From Azolla caroliniana (taxonomy: Eukaryota; Plantae; Polypodiophyta), in assembly GCA_043228905.1 (NCBI GenBank), contig JBHGNT010000017.1, positions 18,786,001 to 18,850,000 on the forward strand: a stretch of DNA of 64,000 bases, written 5' to 3'. The notes under the pieces are model-generated. The model was given only the letters and a program-made list of their open reading frames with translations, was not told where the DNA came from and made no database searches. This document shows, in pieces, positions 13,751 to 25,691 of this stretch; within the stretch, counting starts at the first letter, position 1, and each line of letters opens with the position of its first letter. The translations under genes were made by a program, and so were the position numbers.

Positions 13751-14010
13751 ACTCGCTCTGTACAACAGTTATACATACAATAATATAACAACCACCACAC
13801 AAAGTGATTGCCCTAAGTCATATTTATACTTATATGAACTTAGGGCTATTTACAAATATAGCCTCCATAGGCTTACTCAAAACATATTTACAAATATGTC
13901 TTCTGGTTCTCACCGAGCTCATCCGATCCGGTTTCCGGATCTCTCCCGGTTCCCACCGGGTCCTCTTCATCCATAACCAAATCCCATCTGGAGGGACCGA
14001 TTTCCCAACA
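8637..14010 (-). mobile_element. Ty1/copia (Tork/Tnt1-like) LTR retrotransposon B (full length, decayed)
   Basis: LTRs 13395-14010 (5') and 8637-9243 (3'); TSD CCTAT at 8632-8636 and 14011-14015; PBS (revcomp CTCTGATACCA) 13381-13391; PPT ~9244-9254. Confidence 0.97.
9254..13365 (-). pseudogene. Disrupted gag-pol of copia B
   Basis: Gag from 13365, knuckle CFYCGKLGHFQKNC, WVVDSGASFH, LWHKRLCH, LLLYVDDML, FTDSDMSAD; several stops and frameshifts. Confidence 0.93.
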
Positions 14011-14299
14011 CCTATCTATCTAAAAAATTCTCCTCTTCCTAGTCCAAAACCCCAGTTGTTCCCACCCGACTCACACAACGATCTGACGCTGAAAGGCATG
14101 CCAATGCGTGTCATGCAATATTCATTGTCGAGCAAACAAGGTGGATTCATAATTTATCGAACATAGCGCAATCAATTGTCAATCAATAGTTTCATGCTCA
14201 CAGTGAATCTCTTGATCCTTCAAACTTATCCAGTTCATGTTTTTCCCTAGCAACAACAACATCTAGTTCAAGCTGGTCTTGACTATTGGTGAGCGTATT

Positions 14300-14951
14300 C
14301 ATTGAAACCACAAGCAAACCTTTCTTGAAGATGACGTGGAACTTGCCAAGGCTGAGAGAGAGAGAGAGAAGGGTGACAATTCAATACAAATGGAGGTTTT
14401 GGCGACATCAAGGTTGTTGAGGTGGGAAGGTAAACAAATTCTTAACCTTTAATTTAATCGAATGGCTGGATTGGGTTTGGTAACAGTTAAGGATGCTATG
14501 TTGGTTTCACAAAGAAGATTAATGGCTTTTCGAACAATAAGATCAACATTTCATATTCCAAAAGGCTATAACTTTATTTGGGATAAGTTGCAACAAATAC
14601 TATCTTCGCATGAGTCAATTCGTGATTTAGATGGGTGATCTCCAGAGCTTGTTTAGAGGTTTGTTGGAAATAAGAGATTGACTATGATCTCAATAAATGT
14701 TGATTATCACAAGTTGATTGACAAACATAAGTGGTTGGAAGAAAGGGTTATAAAGATATGGGGTTTTCATAAGCCCATTACTTGGTGGCTTCATCTGATC
14801 AAGGCAGGTTGGTGTTCTCGATTCATGTATGAGCCAAGGTATTTATTTGGAGACTTACGGTTGGAGCTTTACCATTAGGGGATGCATTAAAAAAAGAAAC
14901 ATTACTAAAGGATTGTGTTTCTTTTGTTCGGTGGAATTGGAACATAGTAGG
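14300..14951 (+). mobile_element. Degraded L1-like LINE ORF2 remnant, left part (interrupted by the gypsy at 14952)
   Basis: Weak RT-like fragments; joined across TSD GTAGG to the clearer LINE sequence after 20552. Confidence 0.4.
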
Positions 14952-15360
14952 TGATGAGGTGTTTAAGACAAAGGATAATCTTACACTATATGAGGGCTTG
15001 ACCAAACCGGTTAGATGGAGTTGTGACTCATAATATATTATATAGATCAAGAGAGAATCAAGAAATTAAGAAAAAAAGATAGAGAAGATGAGCAAGAAAT
15101 AAGAATGTTCTCATATTCCACTATCAAGAGAATACAAAGGAGATAAACTCCACATTCAACTAAGAAACCAAAGACCTTCTTACTACCAATCACTCAAACC
15201 CACAATTAAGACCCTTCCTCTTCCACTAAGATATCTCTTCCTTAGACTCCCTCTCCTCTTTTAGGATCCTCTCTCTATTAGTTCCTCTCTTATTAGTCCT
15301 TCCACTTCTTCTTTTATAATTTTCTTCTTCTTCCTCGTTCACGCTATTTTTAGAAGCTTT

Positions 15361-15645
15361 TGACGGGAACCCAACGTTCCTTATGCGCGATGCTCGGCCA
15401 CAACCGAGATTCTTCTCATACACAGAAAAAACGGGAAATACAACACGATACAAAGGAGAGGAAGATACACACACACTACACAGGAGGTTAATGTGGAAAA
15501 CCCCAAACTGGAGGAAAAACCACGGCAGCCCACAGGCTGCAAACTGTCACTATGTATGAATGTACAAAACAGTGAGTTCTCAGAGGCAACGACCTCGGAC
15601 TCACGCTCTTCGCCACAGGCGGCGGTTACAACAGAGGCAACGACC

Positions 15646-15697
<52 letters not shown>

Positions 15698-16262
15698 CAG
15701 TTACGCGCTCTCTCTTCTTCTTTGCACCAACAAGGAAGAATAACGACCTCTTAATATTAGTTTGCCCTAAGTCATATTTATACTAATATGACTTTTCGGC
15801 TATTTACAAATATAGCCACAATGGGCTCTCAGAAACATATTTACGAATATGTCTCTTCCCCCAGTTTATACCGGGCCTGCGCCATCCGGCTCTCCGTAGC
15901 CGAGTACTCCTCATCCGGTTCATACCGAGCCTGCACCATCCGGCTCTCCGTAGCCGGGTACTCCTCATCCGGTTCATACCGGGCTTGCACCATCCGGCTC
16001 TCCGTAGCCGAGTACTCCTCATCCGGTTCACACTGGGTCTGTATCATCCGGCTCTCTGTAGCCGGGTACTCCTCATCCGGTTCATACCGGGCTTGCACCA
16101 TCCGGCTCTCCGTAGCCGAGTACTCCTCATCCGGTTCACACCGGGTCTGTATCATCCGGCTCTCCGTAGCCGGGTACTCCTCATACCGTTTCGGCCTCGG
16201 CCGAGTTTGTTCGTCGGCACTGTTCTTCTTCCTTCCCATCCGGAGGGACCTGTCTCCCAACA
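15361..16262 (-). mobile_element. Solo LTR of the copia B/D LTR family, nested in the gypsy 3' LTR
   Basis: TG...CA, 902 bp; TSD GCTTT/ACTTT; absent from the sister gypsy LTR; shares GGCCACAACC, GTGGAAAACC, GCCCTAAGTCATATTTATAC and GAGGGACC...CCCAACA with copia B/D LTRs. Confidence 0.9.
15871..16185. repeat. 54-bp tandem repeat, ~5.8 copies, in the U3 of the solo LTR
   Basis: Unit CCGGGCTTGCACCATCCGGCTCTCCGTAGCCGAGTACTCCTCATCCGGTTCATA; 18-aa periodicity in overlapping ORFs; alternating variants give a 108-bp higher-order unit. Confidence 0.95.
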
Positions 16263-19200
16263 ACTTTTTATCTCCTATTTTTAGCTAAGACCCAGCGACC
16301 TTCTAATCGTCATATCTCCCTCATCATAGCTCCAAATTTAGTGATTTAAAAATCTATAGATAGCTCTCTTTACAAGCTTTCTAACCCATATTTAAACATG
16401 ATATTTGAGTCACACACGAAGGAGTTATGACCATTCCTGTTTTACTGTTTTTTATGGTCCGCTTTTTCTTTTTTTACTTTTCTCTTGGTTTCGTACTTTT
16501 ACTTTTGACTTCTTCCTAAGGTCTTGGTTCGTGTTCTTAGCCTCCAAATGTGAGTTATCCATGCTTTATAGTCTTCTAATGTTCAATGGCTTAGATTCTA
16601 AAAACACTTTCACATTTAGCCTTCCCCCTTGCTAGAGGCTAAGCCATTTATGGCAAAGCATTTAATGGTAGTACTTAACAAACGAAAGCTCTCTCGCCAA
16701 TCTCTTGGCTATAGACAATGGGAGAGATATAATAAAAAAGAAAATAAAAAGATGTGAGTAAAACCCCCGCTAATCAGTAGGAAAAAAACTCACACTTCTA
16801 AACACACACGCACGCACACACACATTGACAATTGCCATCACCATCTTTCTCCTTGTCAACACAAAGAAAGAGGTTACTACAATTATTATGTATTTGTCAA
16901 CTCTCCATACACAAGTAGGGCCATGGGATACATAACTCTTGATAGAAGTAAGCATGTCAACATATGAATGAATCTTTCGAGTGAGCAAACCTTTTGCACA
17001 AATACCTTCAAAGCTTCGAGACTTGTTAGAATGATTATCTTTTGAAGTACGTTGATCTTTGAATCATCCACATCTTCTTGGCACAACACATTGTTCACAC
17101 TACCTTGTTTTGTATAAATGACCATTTGATCTACAATCTCATCTCGGAAAGGAAGTGAAATTTGTTCTCATTTGGTCGAATCATTCAAGGGTTTGAAATT
17201 GATCTCATTCTTCTTTGGAACCAAAACTATAGGTGACACACACTTCAAATCTTCCATCTTATAATTGGAACTTTCTTGTAACCATGTGTTGAACTCTTGC
17301 ATAAATTCTTCCTTTTGTTCAACACTCAATTGCCGAAGCTTTGGGGAAATTGATACACTTTCCTTCAAATTGATGTGGTATTTGTTGCAAGCTTCTCCTC
17401 TTATCCCAGTACATAACACTATTTGTACTAACTATTACACACAAATCCATTAATGTCTATACATACCAACTACAATATCACTCTACATAATTAAACTACG
17501 TTTGTAACTTACTCACACATAATTCAATTCACTTCAAAATGTGTAGCTATTATAAATAACTTACAATGCCATTCATATAGTATGTGCATATATCTTCCAC
17601 TAGGTAAATGAATTGTGCACGCAACAAAGCTTTCACTTCCTTTAATAAAGCCTCCTTTTGCACGTGACCTAGCCTTCGCAACTTTTGTGCAACTGGAGTT
17701 GTACCCTCCTTTAGATTTATGCGATGTTGGATGACATCTACACCCCTAATATGAGCATAATCACTAATAAAAAGGTTAGGAAATTCTGAAATCAAATTAA
17801 TAAATTGTTGCCTCTCTTGCCCTTTAAGATCTTTAGAAATCATCTTCTCTTTCTGCTCCATAGTAATTAAACCTCCTTCATTATCTTCTTCCTTCAAAAC
17901 GACATATGATGTTGTCATTTCCCATTCTGATGAGGAATCTTCACTTTCATCACTTTCATATGCGGACCCGCTATCATATTCAGTTATTCCATCCTTTCTT
18001 TCTCAATAAGTTGTTGCCGCATATCATAATGTAAGCTCACTCCTTTTGATGACGTTATGGTCATCAAACCTTTGCTCCAATCTTGGACAACATTGAGTTC
18101 TTGCATCCATGGTCTTCCTAGTACCAAAGAATATGACGATCCTTTTAGTGGTATTACATGAAAATCCATCGAAATGCTTACCCCAAAACACTTGATGGCC
18201 ACATCCTCCACTATGCCAATGCAATGGACCACAGCCACCCTTGCTGAAGATGACCTACTAATAGGAATTCCCACTTTGTTTACCACAAATTCAGAAATCA
18301 AGCTTACTCTAGCACCACTATCAACCAAGGCATCTTTGATGTATGGTTGGTCGTATGTCCTTTCGATCTTCTACTTGCACGATCCCCACATAATGCACGG
18401 TCTTCCGACTTTGGCGAATACTTGCAAGCCGCCCCCACTCCCTTCGTAATTTCGGAGATAATTGGAGAAGTTGTGGCCATGTTATTCTTGGTCAACTTGA
18501 TATCAACTCATGCTTCAAATTGAAAGCTTCTACACCTTCTCCCATAGAAATATCCTCCATCTTTATCTTCCTTTTAGAGCGTCTCCTTCTCAATTTCTCC
18601 TTTTTCTCATTCTCTCTCAACTTCTTTTTGTGTCGTGATGCACTAGATTCTCCATCCACTTCTTTCTCCTTTTGAGAGGCTCTTGTCCTTTCCATTGGAG
18701 CTACTTCACAAACATCATCACTATCATCAATAAAATTAAGAAGATTCACATTATGAGGAATTGTAGGAACCTGAGCCATAGGAAGTGTTATGCCTCCTTC
18801 AACTTCATTGTTGTTAGGTCGTTGTCCATTCCTTTGCACTTGATACATGCCTCTTCCCAGTGCCTCTTTGTTGTCTATGAGGACATCTTGTTGAGATGTG
18901 TCCCTCCTCTTGACAAGAATAACAAATTACACCTTGATTCCCTCTAGAGCCACCACCATCGGGAATAATGTTGTGAATTGCTTGGGATTGTTGCAAGTGG
19001 GCCATCACTTCATCAAAGCGCCAATTCACCAATGCCATTGTATCTTGTTCACTCTTCACTTGTTCCACTTCTTGGGATATACTTGTTGGGTTTATTGTTG
19101 TGGTGGTATACACATTTGGAAACACTTGTCCACCATGCACAATTGAAGATGAGGCTTGAAAGTTGGCACGAGGCATCAAATTTGCACCCAAAGCTTACAT

Positions 19201-20551
19201 TTGGGGATCCCCCATGGAACTCATCATCTTCACTCGTCGATCATAATCTTGACAAACTTGGAGAAGAGCTTGATAAGTTGTTGGATCCTTCAAGCTTGCC
19301 TCCAAACGGAAATGCATATCAAGGCCCACCTTAAATTGTTCTATCTTAAACCACTCGTCTTCGGTGCCACCACGAAGACGAATCCACGTCGTCCACAATT
19401 CTTGGAAATTTCTTTCATACTCTAAAAAACCAAAAGGTGATTCCATCTTTAGTTGAAAAAGCTCCTCCCTTACCTCAATTGCACTTTGCCATTGAATATA
19501 TCTTGTACGAAATTGATGCACCAACAATTGCTATTCATTTTGCGGAAGAGAGTCATACCAATCTCGAGCACGACCATAGAATGTAGCTACCAACAAGGGA
19601 AACTTTTCGTTGTCGGTGATGCGTCCAATAGAGATGGCATGATGCTCAAAGCATGCCAAAAAGGCACCAACATCTTGTGTTCTTTCATCCGAAAATGCAA
19701 ATTGCATAGCTAAGTTAATGTAATATAGTAACACAATTAAATGATAACTTCTCCTCCTATACAGAAAGGATTGACCCTCCCTGGAACACCAAAAATGATA
19801 AGGTGTTTAAGACAAAGGATAATCTTACACTATATGAGGGCTTGACCAAACCGGTTAGATGGAGTTGTGACTCATAATATATTATATAGATCAAGAGAGA
19901 CTCGAGAAATTAAGAAAAAAAGATAGAGAAGATGAGCAAGAAATAAGAATGTTCTCATATTCCACTATCAAGAGAATACAAAGGAGATAAACTCCACATT
20001 CAACTAAGAAACCAAAGACCTTCTTACTACCAATCACTCAAACCCACAATTAAGACCCTTCCTCTTCCACTAAGATATCTCTTCCTTAGACTCCCTCTCC
20101 TCTATTAGGATCCTCTCTCTATTAGTTCCTCTCTTATTAGTCCTTCCACTTCTTCTTTTATAATTTTCTTCTTCTTCCTCGTTCACACTATTTTTAAAAA
20201 CTTTTTATCTCCTATTTTTAGCTAAGACCCAGCGACCTTCTAATCGTCATATCTCCCTCATCATAGCTCCAAATTTAGTGATTTAAAAATCTATAGATAG
20301 CTCTCTTTACAAGCTTTCTAACCCATATTTAAACATAATATTTGGGTCACACACGAAGGAGTTATGACCATTCCTGTTTTACTGTTTTTTATGGTCCGCG
20401 TTTTCTCTTTTTACTTTTCTCTTGGTCTCGTACTTTTATTTTTGACTTCTTCCTAAGGTCTTGGTTCGTGTTCTTAGCCTCCAAATGTGAGTTATCCATA
20501 CTTTATAGTCTTCTAATGTTCAATGGCTTAGATTCTAAAAACACTTTCACA

Positions 20552-21880
20552 GTAGGCATCTATTTATTTCATGCCCGATGGCAATGATGGTTTAGAGGTG
20601 TATCAATTTAGTGTAGATGTCTCTAACCGGAGTAAATCTATCTTCCGTCAGTTGGGTTTTTGCACATATGGAGAACAATGAACCAATGTCGTCTCAAAGT
20701 TTGAATTGGATATCGAGCACAATATTAGACAAGTTTATGTATTGGAAGTATCAAGCTTGGCCATTTATTACTCGTCTGAAAGTGGTACAAGCTATAATGA
20801 TTCCAATGATTTCTTATTTTTTGCCATTATTATTACCTTGGGCAAAGAAATCACTTGATCAGGTAGCTCATTCACTTAAATAAACATTGTGGGCGAAACA
20901 GTAAAAAATTGGTATGATTTGGGTTCCATGGAACAATATATGTACTCCAAAACGGTTAAGGGGATCCGCATTACAAAATTTAGAAGATCATATGATGGCT
21001 CAAAGATTCAATCTTTTAAAAGATATGTGTGTAGGTACCCAACCTTGGGCAGAAATAATTGGCTATTTTATGGAAAAGATTGGTATATACCATGGGATAA
21101 CGAGAATAACAGCCTCATGGTGGCATGTTGTTAACATTACTTGTTTATTTAAATGTTAAGAATCTAATATGGTTCAATAATCAGTGCTTTCTTAGCAATG
21201 ATGTTTGAATAGTTTAATTGTAAACCCCTTGAGTGTAGAAAAGATAGGAATTATTTGGCAATAGAGGTGTTAGCAACACCAAGGATATTACATCAGGATG
21301 AAAAAGAAAGTCTAAACTCACAGTTCAATCGAATAGTAAGGTTGGGCTTGGTAATTGTGGAAGATGTTATCTTAGAGTCACGTAGGAAAATGATGGCCTT
21401 TCGATAGTCAGAAATACGTGTTATATACCGCACGGATATGGGTATATTTGGCAATCAATATTGGCATTGCCTAGTCTAGTTTTTCCAGATTCCAGAGTTG
21501 GTGGTCGAGGAACCATGGAAAGGATTGGTCATTTGGTATTGGAAAGTCGATAATTGTGGTGCACACTAATGGTGTATACCATAAGTTGGTTGAAGATAGA
21601 GCTTGATTAGCAAATGAGTTTTGGATACATGGCACATTACTCGAAATGTAAAGTGTTGAGTTTTAGATGCAGGATGACAATCTCATCTTCCATTTCATGC
21701 GAACGTGTTTCTTTGGTGCGCGATGATCGGTGGCTTGCCTTTGGTGATGGCTTTAAAACAAAGCCATATTTTGAATGGGACATGTTTTTTTTGTACAATG
21801 GTTGACAAAGATGCCAAACGCAGGTTCATTACATGCCATGGTTGCTGAAGCCATTTGGGTGGTTATATCACAAAAGTGGT
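20552..21880 (+). mobile_element. Degraded L1-like LINE ORF2 (post-RT region)
   Basis: Fragments TRLKVVQAIMIPMISYF and WVPWNNICTPKRLRGSALQNL match the plant L1 ORF2 signature (V.W..IC.PK..GGLGL..L). Confidence 0.7.
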
Positions 21881-21889
21881 CATCAATAA

Positions 21890-22676
21890 TAAGAATCAGC
21901 AACGATTCAATTTAGGCTTAACCGGTTTGGCCTTACCCAAGCCAAACCAGTCAAGTCTAAACCGGTTTGGAACAAAAAACCTTTAGAGGTGTGAAGAAAC
22001 CCAAACAACATCACTACCACTTCCTCCTACTCTTCTCCTCCTCCTCATAACTCCCACCCCCCTCGGCCTTACCACTGATGAGTCCATCAACTTTGAGAGT
22101 CCCACCTCCATGACTCCCTCTTTGTAGACTACTATGATTGATCGGTCAATGTAACCCTTCGCGAACCTCTCGATTGCTATTGCCCATCCCTCAACCACCT
22201 TCACGTCGAGCTCACTGTGTCTTAGGTCCTAGGTCCAATTCGGAGAGAATTGGAGCTTCAACTAAGTTTTCACCTGTATGTACATAAAGAAGAAACAATG
22301 TATATAACGAGGTTCTTGTCGTCGTCCACTATGGCTTCCTCTCTCTCTCTCTCTCATGTTTGTGTGAAGATGCATCACTCAACGGTCATTTCCTTTGGCT
22401 TCCTCTCTCTCTCTCTCTCTCTCTCTCACGTTTGTGTGGAGACTTGTCACTCAATAGTCTGTTTCTCTCTCTCTAAGTTCTACCTTCTATCTTTCTAAAC
22501 CCTAATTATTAAATAAGATAAACAGCTTAACCGGTTTGGCAAGGTTCAAGCCAAGCTGACCCGAGCTTAAATCGTTTAGGTAGGCACAAACCTAAACCAA
22601 GCCAAGCCAAGCCAAGCCGTTTTAAACTGGTTTAGCTAAACGGTTTAGGCTTGAGCCGAGCCGTTGCCAATCCCTA
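21890..22676. mobile_element. MITE-like non-autonomous DNA transposon (TAGGG-type TIR) upstream of HD2
   Basis: Left end TAAGAATCAGCAACGATTCAATTTAGGCTT differs from the revcomp of the right end (TAGGGATTGGCAACGGCTCGGCTCAAGCCT) only by transitions; subterminal AACCGGTTT/CCAAG repeats; no clean 8-bp TSD. Confidence 0.65.
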
Positions 22677-22711
22677 TAATAACAAGTATTTTGTTACCTT
22701 TTAAGTGGACC

Positions 22712-22905
22712 GTGGGACCAATGTGGGTTATGTATTTGCATTTGTATTATGTACTTGTGTATTGTATATTCGTATCCGTATTGTATATTCGTATTCGTAT
22801 TCGTATTCGTATATGTGTGCATGCGAACGAGCGAGAGAGAAAGAGAAGGCAAGCAGAGCCAAAAACCTTCTTCCTTCCTTCATTCCTTTGGCGGTAACTA
22901 CATAC

Positions 22906-22946
<41 letters not shown>

Positions 22947-23000
22947 GCAGTCGCTCTGCTCTGTCTGTCCACCGATAACAGACGCTTCGCTCTAGGGTTT
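22712..23000 (+). promoter_or_regulatory. Candidate TCP site (GTGGGACC, 22712-22719) and telo-box (TAGGGTTT, 22993-23000) of the HD2 promoter/5' UTR
   Basis: Motif matches only; this pairing is established for plant ribosome-biogenesis and translation genes, consistent with a nucleolar HDT. Confidence 0.4.
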
Positions 23001-23057
23001 GTTTAGTTTCCTACGAACTATTCATTCACACAGAGCATCAGGAGGCAGGAGTTCATC

Positions 23058-25691
23058 ATGGAGTTCTGGGGTATGTAACTCTTCTATCAATCTCTCTCTG
23101 TCTCTCCCACACACACACACACACAGACACACATATCTGTCTTCTTCTTCCGCCCGTTTCTGCATGCTATTGTTTTTCAATAGTTTAGAGGTCAGAGAGA
23201 AGCGTCGCTGATCGTGTTCCTTTTATAACGGTGAATGATTTTTCGTTCCCTACACTCTTTATGGTATGATCTGCTTGCTCAAGTTTTGACTCGAAAGCAT
23301 AGCCAAAACTACTTGGGTTTCCTCTCCTTTCTGCAACCTTATGGCTCGTGTATGATGCTTCCTCCCATCCGAAATGACGGAAAACTGTGTTTTTTGGTTA
23401 TTGATTCGATGCCAAATCAGTCCTGTCTAAGAAGTGTGGCTAATCATCCTTCATGCCCGTTTTGAATGAAGACTAGCTGCTTCTCTGTCTGTCTGTGTCC
23501 TATCTCTTCTGCTAGTTTGTGTTCACAAGCTGCATATTTGTGCTGGGAGATCTTGCAACAAAGCGATGGCAATCATGATTGATTGCGAGAAAACATGGTA
23601 GCTCATTTTGGCGGTTTCGATTCGTGCAGGTGTCGAGGTTCCTAGCGGTAAGCCCGTGGCTTGTGATCCTGATGATATCTCCTACATCCATATCTCTCAG
23701 GTATCATCACCATGTTTCCTTATACAATCATCCTTTGGATGCTCTTTCTCTGTCTCTCTGTATTTCTTTCTGATCGTGGAAACTGGTATCTTTATCTTGG
23801 ATCAGGCTGCACTGGGAGAGAGAACAAGTGGGGAAGGTAAGGGTGAGCGAGTGGTGTTGAAGCTCACTGTTGACGGTAGCGAGTTCGTCATTGCTACCCT
23901 CTCAGCGGGGAAGTGCGAGCAGACCACCTTCGATCTCATCCTAGACCGAGAGTTCTTAATCTCCCATAACGGTTCTAGCAGTGTATATCTGACAGGATAT
24001 AAGACCGATGCTGTTAGAGATGAATATCCTTTCTTTCTTTCTTTCTTTTCTCTTTTGATTCTCTCATCTTGTTTCAGGAGACGCTATTGAGTTTGTGGTT
24101 TCATGTGTAGTAGTTTTGTACATTGTAACTCCTTGATTCTCTCTTCCTTTACGGACTTCTCCGATGAGGATGGGTTCTCAGGTAATAACAATGCAGAGTG
24201 AGTTACTGCCTCTTCATGATGATCCTTTTTTGGCGTGATTTGATGAATTGAATGTAAATTGAATCCAGACTCTGAAGAGGAAGAGGAAGAGGAAGATGAA
24301 GATGACGAGGACGAGGACGAAGATATCCCTACGCCAATACAGATATCTGCCAACAAGAATGGTAGTATATATATCTATCTGTCTGTTGTATGGAAGAAAT
24401 GCTCCCCTTTTCTCTGCTTCCTTCTGTTTTCTGAATGTCCTATCCAATTATACAGGTAAGCTGGCACGCAAAGTGAAAGAGAAAGGTGGAGATGGTGATA
24501 AAACCACCACCGCATCTGCGAAAGGGAAACCCTTTGATATAAATATTAATGGAAAAGCAGATGAGGATGAGGATGGTGAAGATGAAGATGAAGATGAGGA
24601 CGATGACAGTGATGTAGATCTAGTAAAAAGCCATACCTTTTAACTATTGATTGTAGTGAATGACATGACGTTTTGCAATCACATAATATATATGTGATGA
24701 ATGTCATCCAGGGGGTATTAATAGTCTCACGTTCAATTGATGATTGATCTGGTTGTAGGATATGCTGGATTCTAGAAGCGGCAGTGATCTTGATTCTGAT
24801 GACTCTGACAACGAGGATTCCTCTGAAGAGGAGGATCAAGCTAAGGTATGTAAGACCCTTTTGCGTGAAATTGGTTCATAATAAGATGAGAGGGATTTTA
24901 TTTATACATATATATTCCCTTGCGCAGGATCAGAAGAAGAGACCATTCCGTGGTGCCCAAAATGCTTCTGCAGGCAAGAAGATTAAGGTTGCAACAACCC
25001 AGGAAGATGGAAAACCAGGTCGGTGTAAATCTTCTGCTATGGCGTGTCTTAGTTATTTGATATAGTGTTAATATTATCATGATAATGTGCTAAATGCCTT
25101 TATTTGTAATAGGGAAGAAGGGAGCTAAAGCCCCTATTACCACCACCACCACCACCACCACTCCCAAGCAGCAACATTTGCAAAATGGAAAGAAAGATAA
25201 GAAGACATCTGCAAAAGAAAACGTAGTGCTCTTGCCCTTGCTTGCTTGTTTGTATTTTGGCGGTCTTTCCGTCCAACACGTGGATATAGGCGTTTACTCA
25301 ATGTGGAAATCCAAGTAGTTTTTTCATCTTTTTGATAGTGCTCTAGAGAAAGTCCTAGTTTTGGTTTTCTCTATCTTCATTGGCCTGTCAGTTCAAGTTG
25401 TGCTCTCCTAGAAACAATGCATTTACAATGGTTTAGGCCCTTGGATATTTAAATTGCTCTTCATCTTTCGTTATCAGGATGCACAACCTGCAATTCCCAA
25501 CTCTGGAAAGAAGGCTGGACGATTTGTGTGCTCACCCTGCAACAAGTAAGTGATTTCTTTGTTCAAAGGTTTTAATTTCTGTGTGAAGTGGCTCTAAGTT
25601 CTTACGTAATATTGTTATCATGTGTACATACATCAGGAATTTCAATAACGAAAGTAGTCTAAGTCAGCACATGAATGCAAAACACAAGTAA
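23058..25691 (+). CDS. HDT: HD2/HD-tuin histone deacetylase with C-terminal C2H2 zinc finger, 11 exons
   Basis: MEFWG start; exons 23058-23070, 23630-23700, 23806-24023, 24153-24181, 24269-24361, 24456-24622, 24759-24845, 24928-25018, 25113-25222, 25478-25545, 25637-25691; YIHISQAALG, FDLILD, SVYLTGY, acidic tracts, CSPCNKNFNNESSLSQHMNAKH. Confidence 0.93.
24024..24152 (+). other. U12-type (minor spliceosome) AT-AC intron in HD2
   Basis: 5' site ATATCCTTT, branch-like TCCTTGAT ~24130-24137, ends TTTAC; removal restores the frame (RDE|DFSDEDGFS). Confidence 0.9.

Larger units (their letters stand above)
14952..20551 (-). mobile_element. Non-autonomous Ty3/gypsy element (non-chromovirus, Tat/Athila-like): gag, protease and truncated RT only
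   Basis: LTRs 19796-20551 (756 bp) and 14952-16614 (756 bp after removing the nested solo LTR and its TSD); TSD GTAGG at 14947-14951 and 20552-20556; PBS-like TGGTGTTCCAGGGAGGGTC 19773-19791; PPT ~16620-16630; CYSCQEEGHISTRC knuckle, VDSGA protease, RT N-terminus (VSPIVLVPKKN); no RNase H or integrase. Confidence 0.92.

Noticed and set aside
15841-16288. Repeat proteins (EPDEEY.../YSSSGS...) or a CRISPR-like array
   Set aside because: A head-to-tail 54-bp repeat with no unique spacers, inside a solo LTR; the ORFs are by-products of the repeat.
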